DNA of 62,702 nucleotides, filler included, from Klebsormidium nitens (GCA_000708835.1; 5 parts of 5 records of this genome joined end to end with filler, not necessarily neighbours in it); one strand, 5' to 3'; positions 24,401 to 37,659 are shown, numbered from the whole stretch's first letter. Numbers and translations: made by a program. Notes: generated from the sequence alone by a model not told the origin.

Positions 24401-25949
24401 TCACGAGGATGCGGAGCTCCGGCCACGCCGCCGTCAGATGCCGGTACGTCTCCTCCTGATGCTGAAGGACGCTCTCCTTCCGGGCTGGCTTCGTTTGACG
24501 ATGACCATCCCGGGTTGCTCTCGATTCCGCCCATGATCAAGAGCTTTGCTGCAAAGGGTCAGCCGGACAGCATTAGCTGTTAATGCAGATAGGCAGACCT
24601 TCATTCACGACCGTGAAAATGGAACAAAACTCAACGGATTAAGAGCAGGCGCATATATAAGCGCAAACTTTTGAAGGGTCAAGGCTCAAGCTGCCGTTTT
24701 GAGCTTCAAACGCCATCTTGCGCACAGGTTGAGGCCTTTTCTGAACCGCCGCCCAACGTTCAAGTTTCAACAGATGCTGAGCGCAACATCTATGGTTCAG
24801 GGACCAGATGTGAGCCGAGTCTCATCGCCCCAATCTGATGATCCGAGCGACTTACCTATCAGGAGTCTGCCTTTTGGTGTTGCATCCCCCCAGTATCCGC
24901 TTTCCTGCCTTCCGTGACAACCTGTGGAGGAAAAGGAATGTGATCGTGTTTTGCATGTAGTAGAAAGGTCGCATCGAACTGGAGGTGTAAGCAAACAGCT
25001 CGAAAGCTTGATGGGAGTTCGTTTTCGACAAGGTTGAAACAGCTGCGTCAATAGAGGTCAAGTGCAACTTGAGGATAGCCTTGGCAAAGTAGGGTATTGT
25101 GACGGTTGGACAGGGTCACACGCTGCCTGTCTACTTCACATGTGCGGAAACCATGCGAAGCTTCTCAGCACGCCTTGTNNNNNNNNNNNNNNNNNNNNNN
25201 NNNNNNNNNNNNNNNNNNNNNNTTAATTAATTAANNNNNNNNNNNNNNNNNNNNNNNNNNNNNNNNNNNNNNNNNNNNGGAGAAGGTCAAGAATATGTTG
25301 GGGCCAGATCTGTGGTGAAGGCCGAGGCTAGGACTGAGTCACTGTAGACCAGCATCGATCAGAGACTTGGTCAGCGCCCACGAAGTCTTTCTGGTTTGCG
25401 TTCTATGTTGTGAAGGACATCTTAGGGCAAGCAGTCCAGCATGTCATACAGTAGGGAGCCCTCGTGCGTCTCACATCTTACACTAAATTTAGGCAAGGTA
25501 AGCTAGCAGCAAGAAGGAGGTCGCCAGAGCAGGGAATGGGGGTAAGAAAAAGAGAGTTCTCCAAGATGGCAATTCCGAGTCTTGAGAATCCGATCAATAA
25601 AAACATCTTTCAATGTGCATGATATCAAGCACCATACGCATGGTAAGAAACCTATTAAAGCGCCTTCATCAATATTGACAAGTGCATGGGAATACATAAT
25701 ATGGAAGTAGTACTCGAACAGAAGCATTTTTGATCTTGATAGAATCTCAAGTTATGAAGACCGTACTTGCTGCAGTATGAACAGTCAATACTCATGGTGT
25801 GGTAGTGCTGATGATCTAAATGAAAACATTGTGAAGTCTAAATCCAAAACAAAAACAATGATAATCAATGTGCAGAAAAAGCATCAGCCAAGCCAACTCA
25901 AAGTCTTGCTCGGCAGCCCAAAATTCCGACCATGAGAATTGAATCTGTC

Positions 25950-26170
25950 CAAGAGCGCCAGGTCAGCGGGGTCCACTAATTGGAAGCCAAGCGAGTTTGG
26001 CTTGAAGTTGGGGACACAGCTCAGGCTACACAGAGTAAGATGCCACGGCATGTTACACCACCCTCGGCGGTACGACCATACGCGCCAGCAAGCCGAATGA
26101 AAGTCGGTTATCTGGGCCACGCCACGTACAATCCCCGGAGCCTCGAGGTGTGATGTTGTCCGGGAGGGTC
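25950..26170 (-). mobile_element. Degenerate non-LTR retrotransposon C-terminal remnant
   Basis: VAQ..FH...R..W..P..LTLCSL resembles the pre-Zn-knuckle segment of LINE ORF2; heavily mutated. Confidence 0.35.
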
Positions 26171-26279
26171 GTATCAAGGAGTGGGAGCCGGGTACGGACC
26201 CAAGCGGGTAACAATCCGATCACCGCCTTGGAGACAACACCACTAATGTACCTTAAGTAGGTTACTTAGGGAGAACATC

Positions 26280-26605
26280 TTCTCCAAAAAGTCAATTATG
26301 ACCAATATTGCATCTTTTCTCAGCTATGGCCTTACATACATACATGTTGGCAATTTGATCCGAGAGGAAAAACTCTGTACTACTAATCTGTTATATTCCC
26401 TTCTCCAAAAGGTTAATTACAATATTGCATCTTTTTCAGGTATGGCCTTACAAACATACATATCGCCACTTGGGAACCAAAGGGAAAACTCTATACTACT
26501 AACCTGTTATAATTCCTTCCACGGAGAAGAAAGAAAATATAACAGATTGTAGTACGAGAGTTTGGAACCCTTCGGGAGCTTGCTAATATGTATGTATTTA
26601 AGGTC
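26280..26605. repeat. ~116-bp unit array ending in a long imperfect palindrome (copy A1)
   Basis: Units of gtatggccttacatacatacatattggcaatt...tactactaatctgttata; near-identical blocks at 27770-28060 and 35915-36320. Confidence 0.9.
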
Positions 26606-27171
26606 CCTTTTTGAGAGGCAAGATTGGCGCGAGGGCGCCCCGCCAAAACCAAGGTCGCCCCTCACCTTCCCCCTAAGTGCTTGCCGGATTTTGGAAGTGC
26701 TACTCTTGGAAATGAGGGCCGACAACCCCCAGAAATGCCTTTTATTTTGATCTGACGGTGGCGACTTTGGGCGTATTTGGCAGTAATCGACTACATGATG
26801 CCATTAAGCGTCATCGGTGATTTACCGGATGGTGCGGCACACTGCGGCCCAAGCCGGCCGCATTATCCGCAACGAAGTCAATCNNNNNNNNNNNNNNNNN
26901 NNNNNNNNNNNNNNNNNNNNNNNNNNNNNNNNNNNNNNNNNNNNNNNNNNNNNNNNNNNNNNNNNNNNNNNNNNNNNNNNNNNNNNNNNNNNNNNNNNNN
27001 NNNNNNNNNNNNNNNNNNNNNNNNNNNNNNNNNNNNNNNNNNNNNNNNNNNNNNNNNNNNNNNNNNNNNNNNNNNNNNNNNNNNNNNNNNNNNNNNNNNN
27101 NNNNNNNNNNNNNNNNNNNNNNNNNNNNNNNNNNNNNNNNNNNNNNNNNNNNNNNNNNNNNNNNNNNNNNN

Positions 27172-27370
27172 CAAGGTCTGAATGTAGTCTCGAGTCCTAA
27201 ACGCCTCTCTAACAAAGCTAGCAACCCTCTGTTGGTTCTCCTGACCTATAAAATGACGCAGACTAAATGCGGACTGGCCAACAAACAAATCCATGTACCG
27301 CTCTGTGCGTAGGAACCTATAAGCTGGGCACTCGAAAACGAAATGGTCCTCGTCCTCAAGTTGCACTGTG
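27172..27370 (-). mobile_element. Non-LTR retrotransposon ORF2 3' remnant
   Basis: EDEDHFVFECPAYRFLR...LF...F..Q...VASFV, the typical LINE C-terminal Cys/His segment; abuts a gap. Confidence 0.7.
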
Positions 27371-27769
27371 CGTTGCGGTTCGGGTGGGTTCGGTGCGGTG
27401 CGGTGAGCCGCGGTGCCGACCAGTGCGAGCGGCGCCACGTGTGCAATGTGCACCAATCGGTGCGGTGCGGTGCAGTGCGGTGCGGTGCGGTGCTGTGCGT
27501 ACTGGCGCCACGTGTGCAGTGTGCAACGATCGGTGTGGTGCAGTGTGTATCTGAGGATCGCCAGCCAGATATTGTCCGGTTTGGCAGGGTATAAGCCGCG
27601 ACCAGGACGCGAGGATGACCTGTCCAACCCGTTTTTCCTGTCCTCCTGTCAATTCATGCACTCCATCACACATATTGGGTGGTATGGGTAAGGATAAGCC
27701 GGACACAATAATCTCCTGTCCGCCCTGTCCTCCTGTCGATTCAACCCATAAACTACGATTTCCCAGTGT

Positions 27770-28060
27770 ATTGCGCTGTATGGCCTTATATACATACATA
27801 TTGGCAACTGGATCCGAGATGGAAAACCTTGTACTACTAATCTGTTATATTCTTCTTCTCCAAAAAGTCACTTTCAATATTGCATCTTTTTCAGGTATGG
27901 CCTTACATACTTATATATTGGCAATTGGATTCGAAAGGGAAAAACCTTGTACTATGTATCTGTTATAATATCTTCTCCCGGAGAAGAAAGAATTTATAAC
28001 AGATCATAGTATAGATTGTTCCAATCTTGGCCGAGGTTGCTGATATGTATGTATCTAAGG
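27770..28060. repeat. ~116-bp unit array plus palindrome (copy A2)
   Basis: Same units and terminal hairpin as 26280-26605. Confidence 0.9.
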
Positions 28061-30389
28061 ATTGCCATCGCATATGGGCGGGCTTGGTCAGGATATAAGA
28101 CGCAAGCAGGACAGCAAATTCTGCCGTCCGTCTCGTCTATCCTCGACGCGTGCTATAAATTACAATACGTACTTTGATAGTTCTTCCGGTATGGTAGAGT
28201 ATAAGTCGGAAGCGGGACAGAAGAAAGTGCTGTCGGTCCCGTCTCCTATTTCGAAGCTTGCTATTAATTACAAAATTTCGACCATTTTCAACGTATAGTT
28301 ATTTATAAGCGCAAAGCGGGACAGAAGAAACTGCTGTCCGTCCTGTCTCTTCCGTCGGATCTTGCTATTGACCACAAGACTTCGGGACATATTACCTCGT
28401 ATGGTCACGTATAAGCTGGGGGCGAAACAGGAGCCAGGTAGGAATTGTTGTCCGTCCTGTGTGCCCTGTCTGATCGTGCCCTCATGCATTGCTCAACCAC
28501 TTAATATTGTTTCAGACATATTACCTGGTATGTCGACATAAGACGAGAAGATGCACCATAATATTCGTCTGGCTTAGTCTGATTGCTCCTTGCAGATGCC
28601 ATTGCGTTTCAGCTCAAAAGCTTGCTCAAAAGTGGAAGCCTTTGAATCCAAGTTCAAAAGCTCCTAATGCTAGCTGCAATGACATGCCCCGGCGTTGTGC
28701 TGCAGCTTGGTGCTAGGTGTGCCTGCTGCTGGCAGCATGTGTGGAGCCAACAAATGCTTCACTGGTTGTGTCACCTTCGATGGTGCAGCTGGCACTTGCG
28801 AGTTTCTATGCAAGGCTGCAATCTGCAGCTGCTCATCGAGCAGGTTTTGCAATCAGGCATTAGAAAGAGGTATGGCAAGGCAGCAGCCTGTGGCGCTATC
28901 TACTGCAGACTGCTGAGTTGGCGATGGCAAGCAACGGGAAGCGGTGGCAAGGGTTGGCGGGGAATGGTAAAAAGGCAGAACCTTGCATGCTTGCCAAGTG
29001 GCTGAAATCCACCTCAGCTGGAAGCATCTCTAAGGGGTATGAGGAGCTTTAGGGCCAGCACTTCAGTTCTGGTAGAGGCATTCTCAAGGCTCCCTGAACA
29101 AGGATAAGTGCGGCATCCTGTTGCGAGATCGGGTGAGTGTTGTAGCTCTCTCCTTTGCTTTACATGTTGCCTGTAAGCTTACACCAAAATCTGGTTCAGT
29201 CAGGTTGCAGGAACATGCTCGTTTGTGGTTGGAGTGCTTGCACTAGGGAATTGCCGTTGAGATTACGGTTTGAGAGGCGCCTTCGAGATGGGGAAAGTTT
29301 AAGGTGTGTTTTCAGCAAATGGTGCAAGTTGTTGGCTTCGTTGTACTATTTTTGTCAGGCACCATGGTGCTTGCTGCTGGGCTGATATGGCGCCTGCTGT
29401 CGTGCTGTTATTTGAACCTGCTTTGAGGCTGATTCAGTATGGCTGTCAGGCTAATCTGAGGTTTGCTATGGGCTGACTTGAGACTGACTGGGTGACTATT
29501 GCGCTGATCCTGCGCTCGTTGTTGTGCTGATTTGCCGCCCTGAAGGAGCTAATCTGACGCCAAGTTGTCGCCTTTTTTTGTTGCTCACTGAAGGCTGATT
29601 CGCCGCCCGCTACGGGGCTGATTCGGGGGCATGATTCGCCGCCCGCTACGGGGCTGATTCAGGCCCCGCTGCGGGGCTGATTTGATCCCAGGCTGTCGGA
29701 CTCATTTGTTGCTTGTACTGAGGGCTAGTTCGCTGCCCGTTGAGCCGCTGATTTGGGGTCCGCTGCGGGGCTGACTTGCCGCCCGCCTGGAAGGCTAACT
29801 TGAGCTGCTGCGACCTGATTTGCTGACTGCCTTCGGGTTGCTTTTTGAGCCCACTCTTGGGCTGATTTGGGCTTTTAGATAGGCTGATTTTTTTTGGCAA
29901 TGTATCACTCGTTGCCGTGCTTTTCTGTTGTTTGCTGCTTGGGGCTGAATTTGTCACTCGCTGGCGGCGTTGACTTTGAGCCTACCGTTGCTTCATTGTG
30001 GTCTACACGTTGCAAAGCCCGCGCTCGTGTTCCAACGAGCACTGACTTGTTATCTTCTGCCTCAAAATGCAGAAGATGGGGCTGTACGAGCCTTCAAGCC
30101 CAGTCTTCTTTGGCCCAAGATCACCCAAAGGGTTGCCCAAGCAACCGGCCAACAAGAAGCGTCAACGCCACATCACGGAGAGTGCAAACCTTGAAGACAC
30201 GGCGGCAAGCGGCCAGCGCCACAATGAAGAAATGCAGGTGTGTACCCTGCTTGCCTTCTTGTGTCAACTGCAGATGTTGGTTGCTCGACGTGCTTCTGAT
30301 GCCTTGAGCAGGCACACAGATAGTCTTTTTACCACTTGATCTGCAAACAGTCTCATGAGTCATCTTTGAGAATTGTAAAGCCTGTCGCT

Positions 30390-31260
30390 CCTACCCCGCT
30401 TGCTTTGCAAACAAACAGCAAAGGTGTAGAGATTTTCTATCAGGCCGAGGCTTGCCTGGCGGACAAGACAGACACCAAAGATTCGGTCCCTTTCTTTGCC
30501 CTGTCGTGCTTTCATAAAGGATAGACAGTAAAGACACGAGTCCTTTGCGTCGCCGTTTGTCATCCGGCTCTCGCTTTGCAGATGGAAGAGAACTCTGCAA
30601 AGAATCGGTCTCGCTTGTCTGATGCAAGCGCACGCGCCGCCGACCCATCTTGAAAGGTCCAATTATTCTTAAGTTACAGCAGATAGGACGAACAGCAGAG
30701 ACACGTGTCTCTGCTATCGCTGCCCTAGTATTCCCTGCACTTTTGCTGTCTGTGCGCAGGCTAACAGGAAGGACAGGAAAGACATGTCTTTCTCCTGTCG
30801 AGATCCACGTTTTCGTGCTCTTTCTCTACAGGTGGCAGGCAATTCTAAGGAGAAAGGGGGTGGCTCGCCTGATGCAAGCGCGCACAAGGATGGTTGCATG
30901 CATGTGGTGGAGGGTGGCGCTGCCGATGGTGCACAAATGAGCGGGGTAAGTCTTGACGAATCACTGGTCAAACGGCCCAACTCTATACACCACTCCCGCT
31001 CGGGATTCTTCAGAAGCAACAGACAGGACGGACAACAGAGACACGTGTCTCTTCATCGTTGCCCATGTTCTCAAGCATATGCCATAACGCCGTCTGTGCT
31101 TTGATCGACAGGACGGACAGTAAAGACACGTGTCCTTCCTGTTGCCGTTCATACTTGCAGGCACTTGGCCGTCTGTGCTTTGGCAGGCAGACAGGACAGA
31201 CAGCAAGGACAACAGAGCCACGTAATCCTCCTGTCGCTGTTCATGACTCGCTGCTCTTCC
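30390..31260. repeat. Dispersed ggacagg/cctgtcc-rich repeat family B, both orientations
   Basis: Recurring gacaggacggacag(t/c)aaagacacg(t/a)gtcc motif; related copies at 27600-27745, 28090-28470 and 36420-36710. Confidence 0.7.
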
Positions 31261-32152
31261 TGTGCAGCTGGCATGCAGTTCTCCAGAGGAGGGGGGTGGT
31301 TCGCCTGGTGCAAACGCGTGCATGGATGAGAATGGCGGGGTTGGCAATGCGGAGTCGAGCGCGGACACGTCCTGCAATTTGTGCAACGTGCCCATCGGAG
31401 TAAGGAATCCTGCACTCGCTATATATACCGCGATAGGCACGGCGCATAATTTTTGTGAAAAAGTTGTAAGTCCTGAAGTCACCAGTAATCACTCCCTTTT
31501 ATCTTCTTCCCGTGAGATACTTCAAAATTGCAAGTACTAAGCTCAGCTTTTTAGTACTAGGCTTAGCCTAGGACCTGTACTCAGGTTTGAGGAGGACTGT
31601 CTCAGCAAACTTGCTCGAACGAATCGCTTCCTAGAAATTATCATCGATAGACGCTTCATTCGGGTTCAGTTTCTTCTGTCGCGCTCTTGTTCGTGGGGCA
31701 AGATTGGGCTTCATTCCTCTACACAGTGCCTTAATTGGCTCCGGAGGTTCCAGTCCGGGCCAAGTACCTCCAAACGGACCTTGGTTGTGCCCTAATACCT
31801 AACAATGTCGAAAATTTGTCTAGGTGCTTGACTTTACCGAATAAACCTTCTGCAAGGCTGGTTCCAAATTCGTCTTTAGGCTTCGCACCTAGTAAATTTT
31901 CCCCGGGTTGCTGTGGGCCTGAATTTGCACATGTGGTCAGCTTGATCTCGGGGCTGCAATCAGATGGATTCTGGGGCCGTGGTCAGAATGGTGTTGAGCG
32001 GTAGTCAGGTTGACTTCTTGATCGACTGTGGCCCTTGTTTCTAACTCGCTCGAGGCCAGGCAATCATCCCAACGAAATTGTAGGCATGGAGAAAACCTCG
32101 AAAGTCATGGCCGCACGTGACTTTGCAATGAAAAGCGCCTCGCCCTTGCTAG

Positions 32153-35100
32153 GTGGTCGCAGACCCTTTTGGCTGGCAAAACGGGAATGGGCAGGGGCAA
32201 GAGGGCCGGAGAGGCGGGACCCCCGCAGAATCGGGGGCCAAAGATAGCTCCGAGCCGGCGTCTCCTTTTGGGGAATCGGACCTGGCGGACCCCGAGCTTC
32301 GGTCGGAGGTAGTGCGCGAGCTCGAAAAGCTCCTGTCGACCTGGGGCGACAACACCTCGGTCTTCTGCGCCGTCAAGCCGTCCTCCATGGGCACTGGGGT
32401 CATCTACGAGTTTCGGAACGCGCCTGACGGGCGCACAACGTGCCCTTACTTCGCAGCAACTTGCGAAGGCGTGCACGTCAGCGACGGCTTTGGGCTTCTT
32501 CGACAGGGTGTCGAGGTGATGTACGTGTGCTACGCGCAGAGCTGCAAAGCCGCTTCGCGGTCGGGCAACATCCGCATAGGCGTCCTCCCCCTGCCGATCG
32601 GCGCGGCCTTTGGCGACAGCCAGCCACTGAACAGCGAGAGGAACCACCTGTACTCCGACCGGCAGCTGCTGCCGCTGCCGTTCCTTCGAGAGAACCTCAA
32701 CGTGAAGAAAGGTAAGATGAAGGGTCGTCAATGAACTTCTTTCATGTTGAAGGTGTGACTCGAAGTTACACCTATAAATCCACAAAGTTACAGCTTGAAA
32801 CATTGCCTTCTTCCTTGAGAAAGCCTACTAGGGCAATTGGTTGATTGTGCAGTGGTCTTCGACTACTCTTGCTGCTTGCCACAGGTACCCCGTGATAATC
32901 TTTGAGTATCTTTGCTTTTGACTCGTTTGGTTGATGTAATTCGGCTTTGGTTGTGTTTTTGATGGTGTGCTGTGATAATTTCGGGCATACATGTCTTGTT
33001 TGATACTATCTGATACTGTCTGTTCGTTCCATTCTATCGCTCGTCTCGTTCTGCAGGTGTCTTTGACCCTTTGATGATGAATGTGATAACTTGTAGGAAG
33101 CACTTCGTGTTCGCATGCACATGATTCTACATCTGTTTAGCCTTCGACAGCAATAGTAGCTGGTGACTGGTCTCTACGGCCGCTGCTTTATGGAACCTCG
33201 TACTTGAGCCGGTCCAAGGGTGCAGATGGTGCTGTATGGTCTGCTCTCTACTCATTCAATCTCGATATACCTGCAGGAGACGTGGGTGGCGCCATCATCC
33301 TGGAGCGCCTCTATGTCCGGACGGGCCTGAAGTTTGCCTTCACCTCCTCGGGCTCGTACTACTGGACGGGTCGGTGCTGGGCCAAGGACGAGAGCGGCGG
33401 TCGGATTCTGCGGGTGCTCCGGGAGGAGCTCTCCAATATCGAGGCCGCGTACATGCGAGAGGCAGGGCAGGGGGAGGGAGGAAGGCGTTCGATCGCCATG
33501 GCCGACGGACCGGCAGGCGATGGAGACAGCGGGTTGGGCGTGACAGGAGGCCCTCGCATCAGCTCGAAGCCGGCGGGTGGCGGGAAGCAGCCAGAGGTGG
33601 AGAGAGAGGAGAGGCGGATCAATGTGAATTTTAACGCAAAGATGTCCAACATCATGGGCACATGCAAGGAATACTTCTATCAGCCCGGCTTTCAGTCCCT
33701 GTTGGACGTGCAGAAGGACTTCCTGGCTGTGGCGAACGGCGTCATCGACTTGCGGACGGGCGAGCTGCTCTTGCATCACCCCCGGGTGAGTGATGCAGAT
33801 GAGTTCAAGGACTTCATCAAAAACTTCGCGTCATGGAGGCATCGGCCAGGTCTACCGGCCAGCCGGTGGACCTCCTTGATCAATCAACCGGCACTAAGTC
33901 GAACCCTTTCAGAGGCTCTGGCGACTCGCCTAGCTCTTGCTCCCCATTGGTTGCGGTCTTCCTGAACTCCCCTCGACAGATGAGATGGCCGTCCGTGCCG
34001 TCTTTGCTGTCCAACATGCTTGTGGGTCTGCCGTTCTCACTGCAGTTCATGAATAGTCGGGTGATTGACTGGCCATATCCCCGCGCTGGATTGTCGTTCC
34101 CAAGGTGCGAGATGGTGGGCTTCTTGGAGGACATCATGCACGCCTCCGGAGAGGATGGGCCGGCCGCTCTGGAGCACCTCCAGGTTCTGCTGGGGTACGG
34201 GCTGACTGGTCATACGAGCAATCAGGTATGTGCTCCCTCCAACTGAGTGCTTCGATTCATGAGCTAAAAGTTTGATGGACTCGAGTTACGTGCTGCCTCA
34301 ATCTTCAAGGATCCAACAACCACATGAGGCCTTTGACCATTGGCATGGGATTTCACTGGCCAGTCGCTACGAGACTAGGCTGTGGAGGATTGCAAAAACT
34401 TGGCTCATCAATTATTGGATATCCTCCTCAGGTGCTGCCAATCTTTGTCGGGGAGGGGAGCGCAGGCAAGAGCGTGTTCCTTGCGCTGCTGCGCAAGCTC
34501 CTCGGCGCTGCCTTTAGAGACGTTGGCAAGGAGATTCTGGTGAACTCCAAAGGGCAGCGGGCCGCACACAAGGGGGCCGCTTCGCCGCTTGAGGCCGGTG
34601 AGAAAGTCGCACATCGGTGCACTTTGCTGCATTCGAGTTGCGAACGCCCAAGCCTCAACATGAGATTCCTCTGTCCGTGCTGTCTTTCCTGTCGGATCCT
34701 CTTGACAATCTGAACCCTCTCCCCGATCAGATTGGTCCGGAGATGAGTTAATGTTCTACCACAAGATGTTCTTCTGTCCATTGTGTTTCTCCTGTTTCGG
34801 GCTCAAGAATCTCCCTTTGCGTCTTCAGGGCTTGCTGGGGCGCTGCTCGCCGTGGTCGAAGAGACGGACAAGTCCGATACGCTCAACGAAGCCGGCATGA
34901 AGAAGCTGACGGGCAGCGATGTCATCACGGCACGGCCCCTCTTCAAGGACTTCATCACCTTCACCGCGACCGTTTTGGTAAGACTCTTCCTCTGGCTTGA
35001 AGCATATGCTTGCAAGCGCGCATGCCAGTTTCTCAAAACGTGGCTCGATTCATTTTGAGAAGCTTGCGCATCGAGCATTGCGTGCGGTTGCTTGGTCAAG

Positions 35101-35800
35101 CACGCTGGTCAAATACTTTCGAGCATGCTGAGACCAGTGGGGTGTGTCAAAGAACGTGAGTTATCGAGCACTAAGGACCCTCTCCTGATGTTTTTTGCAG
35201 CTCATCATATGCACGAACTACCTCCCGCGGACGGACGAGACTTGGTCCGTCGCCCTCCGGCGCCGCCTTCAGCTGGTCTGCTTCGTGCGGCGCTACTTCT
35301 CACCGCACGAGAAGGGATACGACCCCACCAACCCGTTGCACGGGCTGGTGGACACGCGCCTCCTTACCAAGCTGAGCACCCTGCAGAACATGCAGGAGTT
35401 GCTTGCGTGGCTGGTCGCAGGAGCGGTCAAGTGGTACCAGAACGGGCAGCAGCTGTTCCCCATGCCGAGGCGGAGCACGGACGCTTTGCAGGACTACGAA
35501 GAGGCGGCTGACGACTTCGACAACTTTGTCCTCAACAGTTGCGTCAAGGGCGATGACCTCTTCATCTCAACGAGTGATGCCCTCAAGGCGTACAACGACC
35601 CGCAGAGGATGGTGGGTGGCAAGTGCGTCGGCCATATCCCCTCGCTCGACACCAAGTCCTTGAAGTCGGCGATGAACAACCACGGCTTCTCGGGTCCGGA
35701 CAAGCCCAGCAAACTTGGCCTTGGCGTAAAGTATTGCGGCGTTACGGAGCGAGGGTATAAGGGTCTTGCGCTGAAAGCCCCAGAGGTTAAGATGGAGTAA
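32153..35800 (+). CDS. Intron-containing D5-like primase-helicase (Zn domain, D5_N, SF3 ATPase); upstream exon(s) not located
   Basis: Exons 32153-32711, 33277-33785, 34046-34225, 34432-34597, 34829-34977 and 35201-35800 splice in frame through five GT-AG introns. Motifs LAVANGVIDLRTG, GYGLTG, GEGSAGKS, VVEET, IICTNYLP. Confidence 0.9.
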
Positions 35801-35914
35801 GGAGGAATAGAGGGAAAACAATTGAATGCTCGTGGCCTGGAATTCGAATCGACTGGAATTGACAGCACCATGTGAGACTTGAGTACTTCAGGATACTGTT
35901 CATTGTGGATGTTG

Positions 35915-36320
35915 CATCTTCTTGGTATGGCCTTACATACATACATATTGGCAATTTGATCCCACAAGGAAAACTTCGTACTACTAATCTGTTATATTCT
36001 CTTCTCCAAAAAGTCAATTACAATATTGCATCTTTTCCGGTATGGCCTTCCATACATACATATTGGCAATTGGATCCCGCAAGGGAAACTTCATACTACT
36101 AATTTGATATATTTTCTTCTCCAAAAAGTCGATTACAACGTTGGCATCTTTTTCGGTGTGGCCTTACATACATACATATTGGCAATTCGGAACCTAAGGG
36201 AAAAGATTGTACTACTAATCTGTTACAATTCCTTCCCTGGAGAAGAAAGAAATTATAACAGATTGTAGTATGAACTTTTCGGATCTCGGCCGAGATTGCT
36301 GATATGTATGTATCTAAGGT
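35915..36320. repeat. Three ~116-bp units plus a ~160-nt palindrome (copy A3), 115 bp after the D5 stop codon
   Basis: Units start at 35924, 36039 and 36155. Inner arms 36210-36230 / 36251-36270; outer arms ~36161-36187 / 36295-36319. Confidence 0.9.
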
Positions 36321-36419
36321 CGGGCCGCCACTCTCACAGATCGGCCAACTTGGTTGTAGCATACGGCCTCATTTCAATTCGTTTCTTGAATCACAATGTT
36401 CAAACAATCTCGGTGGTCC

Positions 36420-36710
36420 AGTCAACTGCAAGCCGGACCTGGACATGGGCATCTCCTGTCCGTCATGTCCTCCTGTCGACTCGCTCCATGAATTACAATA
36501 TTCGATTCATATTATGCATGGTATGGTCAAGTGGGACCCGGACTTGGACACGAGCATCTCCTGTCCGTCCCGTCCTCCTGTCGACTCGCTCCATGAATTA
36601 CAACATTCGACTCATATCAGGTGGCATGGTCAATTGCAAGCCGGTCCCGGACACGAACATCTCCTGTCCGTCCTGTCCTCCTGTCGACTGGCTCCATCAA
36701 TTACAACGGA
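36420..36710. repeat. Three tandem ~105-bp units of repeat family B
   Basis: atctcctgtccgtc..gtcctcctgtcgact.gctccat.aattacaa at ~36451, ~36557 and ~36659. Confidence 0.85.
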
Positions 36711-36852
36711 TGCAACACATTAGATGGTATGGTTGAGTGTGAGGTTGACTTTNNNNNNNNNNNNNNNNNNNNNNNNNNNNNNNNNNNNNNNNNNNNTTAA
36801 TTAATTAANNNNNNNNNNNNNNNNNNNNNNNNNNNNNNNNNNNNNNNNNNNN

Positions 36853-37469
36853 ACGGAACCCAATTCCACCAGAATCCACCAAGGGTCGTTTTAGCGTTCC
36901 AGTACGCAAGACTCTGATTGCAGCTCGACAGAGACAAAGAGCATTTGCGGAAAAAAAGCGCGTCGAAATGACGTACGTTGTCGGGGACCGAGTACTTCTG
37001 AGTATCAAGAATCTGATTCTGAAGCACGCGGAGCGAAGCCGCAAGCTGACGCCCCGCTGGTGGGTCCCTTCACTGTTGTGCAAAAGGTGGGTTCTCTGGC
37101 TTACAAATTGGAGATGAAACCGGGCTGGCGTATTCACCCCGTTTTCCACGTCTCACTTCTGAACCGTACCGCTCTGATGGGCGAACCCAACCCCCACCTA
37201 TTCCAATCGAATTGGAAGGTCATCTGGAGTATGAGGTCGACTGTATACTAGACCACCGTGTCTCTAATCGAAAACGGGAAAACCTCTGGTATCTCATTAA
37301 CAGGAAGGGTTATGGACCAGAACATAACGCCTGGGAACCCGAAGGTAATGTCGCAAACGCTCTTGAGGTGATAGGAGAGTACTGGCAACGGATTGGACGA
37401 GCTGCTGGCATAGGAGCTGCTCCAGCTGCATCAATTCCTGGAGAAACGCGCATCCGACGGAACCGCTAA
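36853..37469 (+). mobile_element. Ty3/gypsy chromovirus pol 3' end (integrase tail, SH3-like region, chromodomain), frameshifted
   Basis: VGDRVLL...KL.PR..GPFTVV.KVG..AYKL....IHPVFHVSLL, then EYEVDCILDHR...YL..KGYGPEHNAWEPE. Confidence 0.9.
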
Positions 37470-37659
37470 TCTCCTCGCGTGACTCAATTGTGCTGGTTCG
37501 GCATGCTGGCTGTACTGTGGTTACTATAACTGGATTCTGAAACTGATTCTGTGTTTCTTTGAACTAATTTGTGACAATCTACTACTCTCACTCTGACCTG
37601 TTGATTTTTACAGTCCTCACATCATGGAGTCCCCCCGGGGCCCCCCTGGAAGAGGCGAG

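Noticed and set aside
21500-25160. Possible exons or degraded transposase fragments
   Set aside because: Only weak, stop-interrupted resemblance to KDZ or accessory proteins; no defensible call.
27370-27545. (GCGGT)n-like repeat producing HRTAP-rich ORFs
   Set aside because: Simple degenerate minisatellite; the ORFs are by-products.
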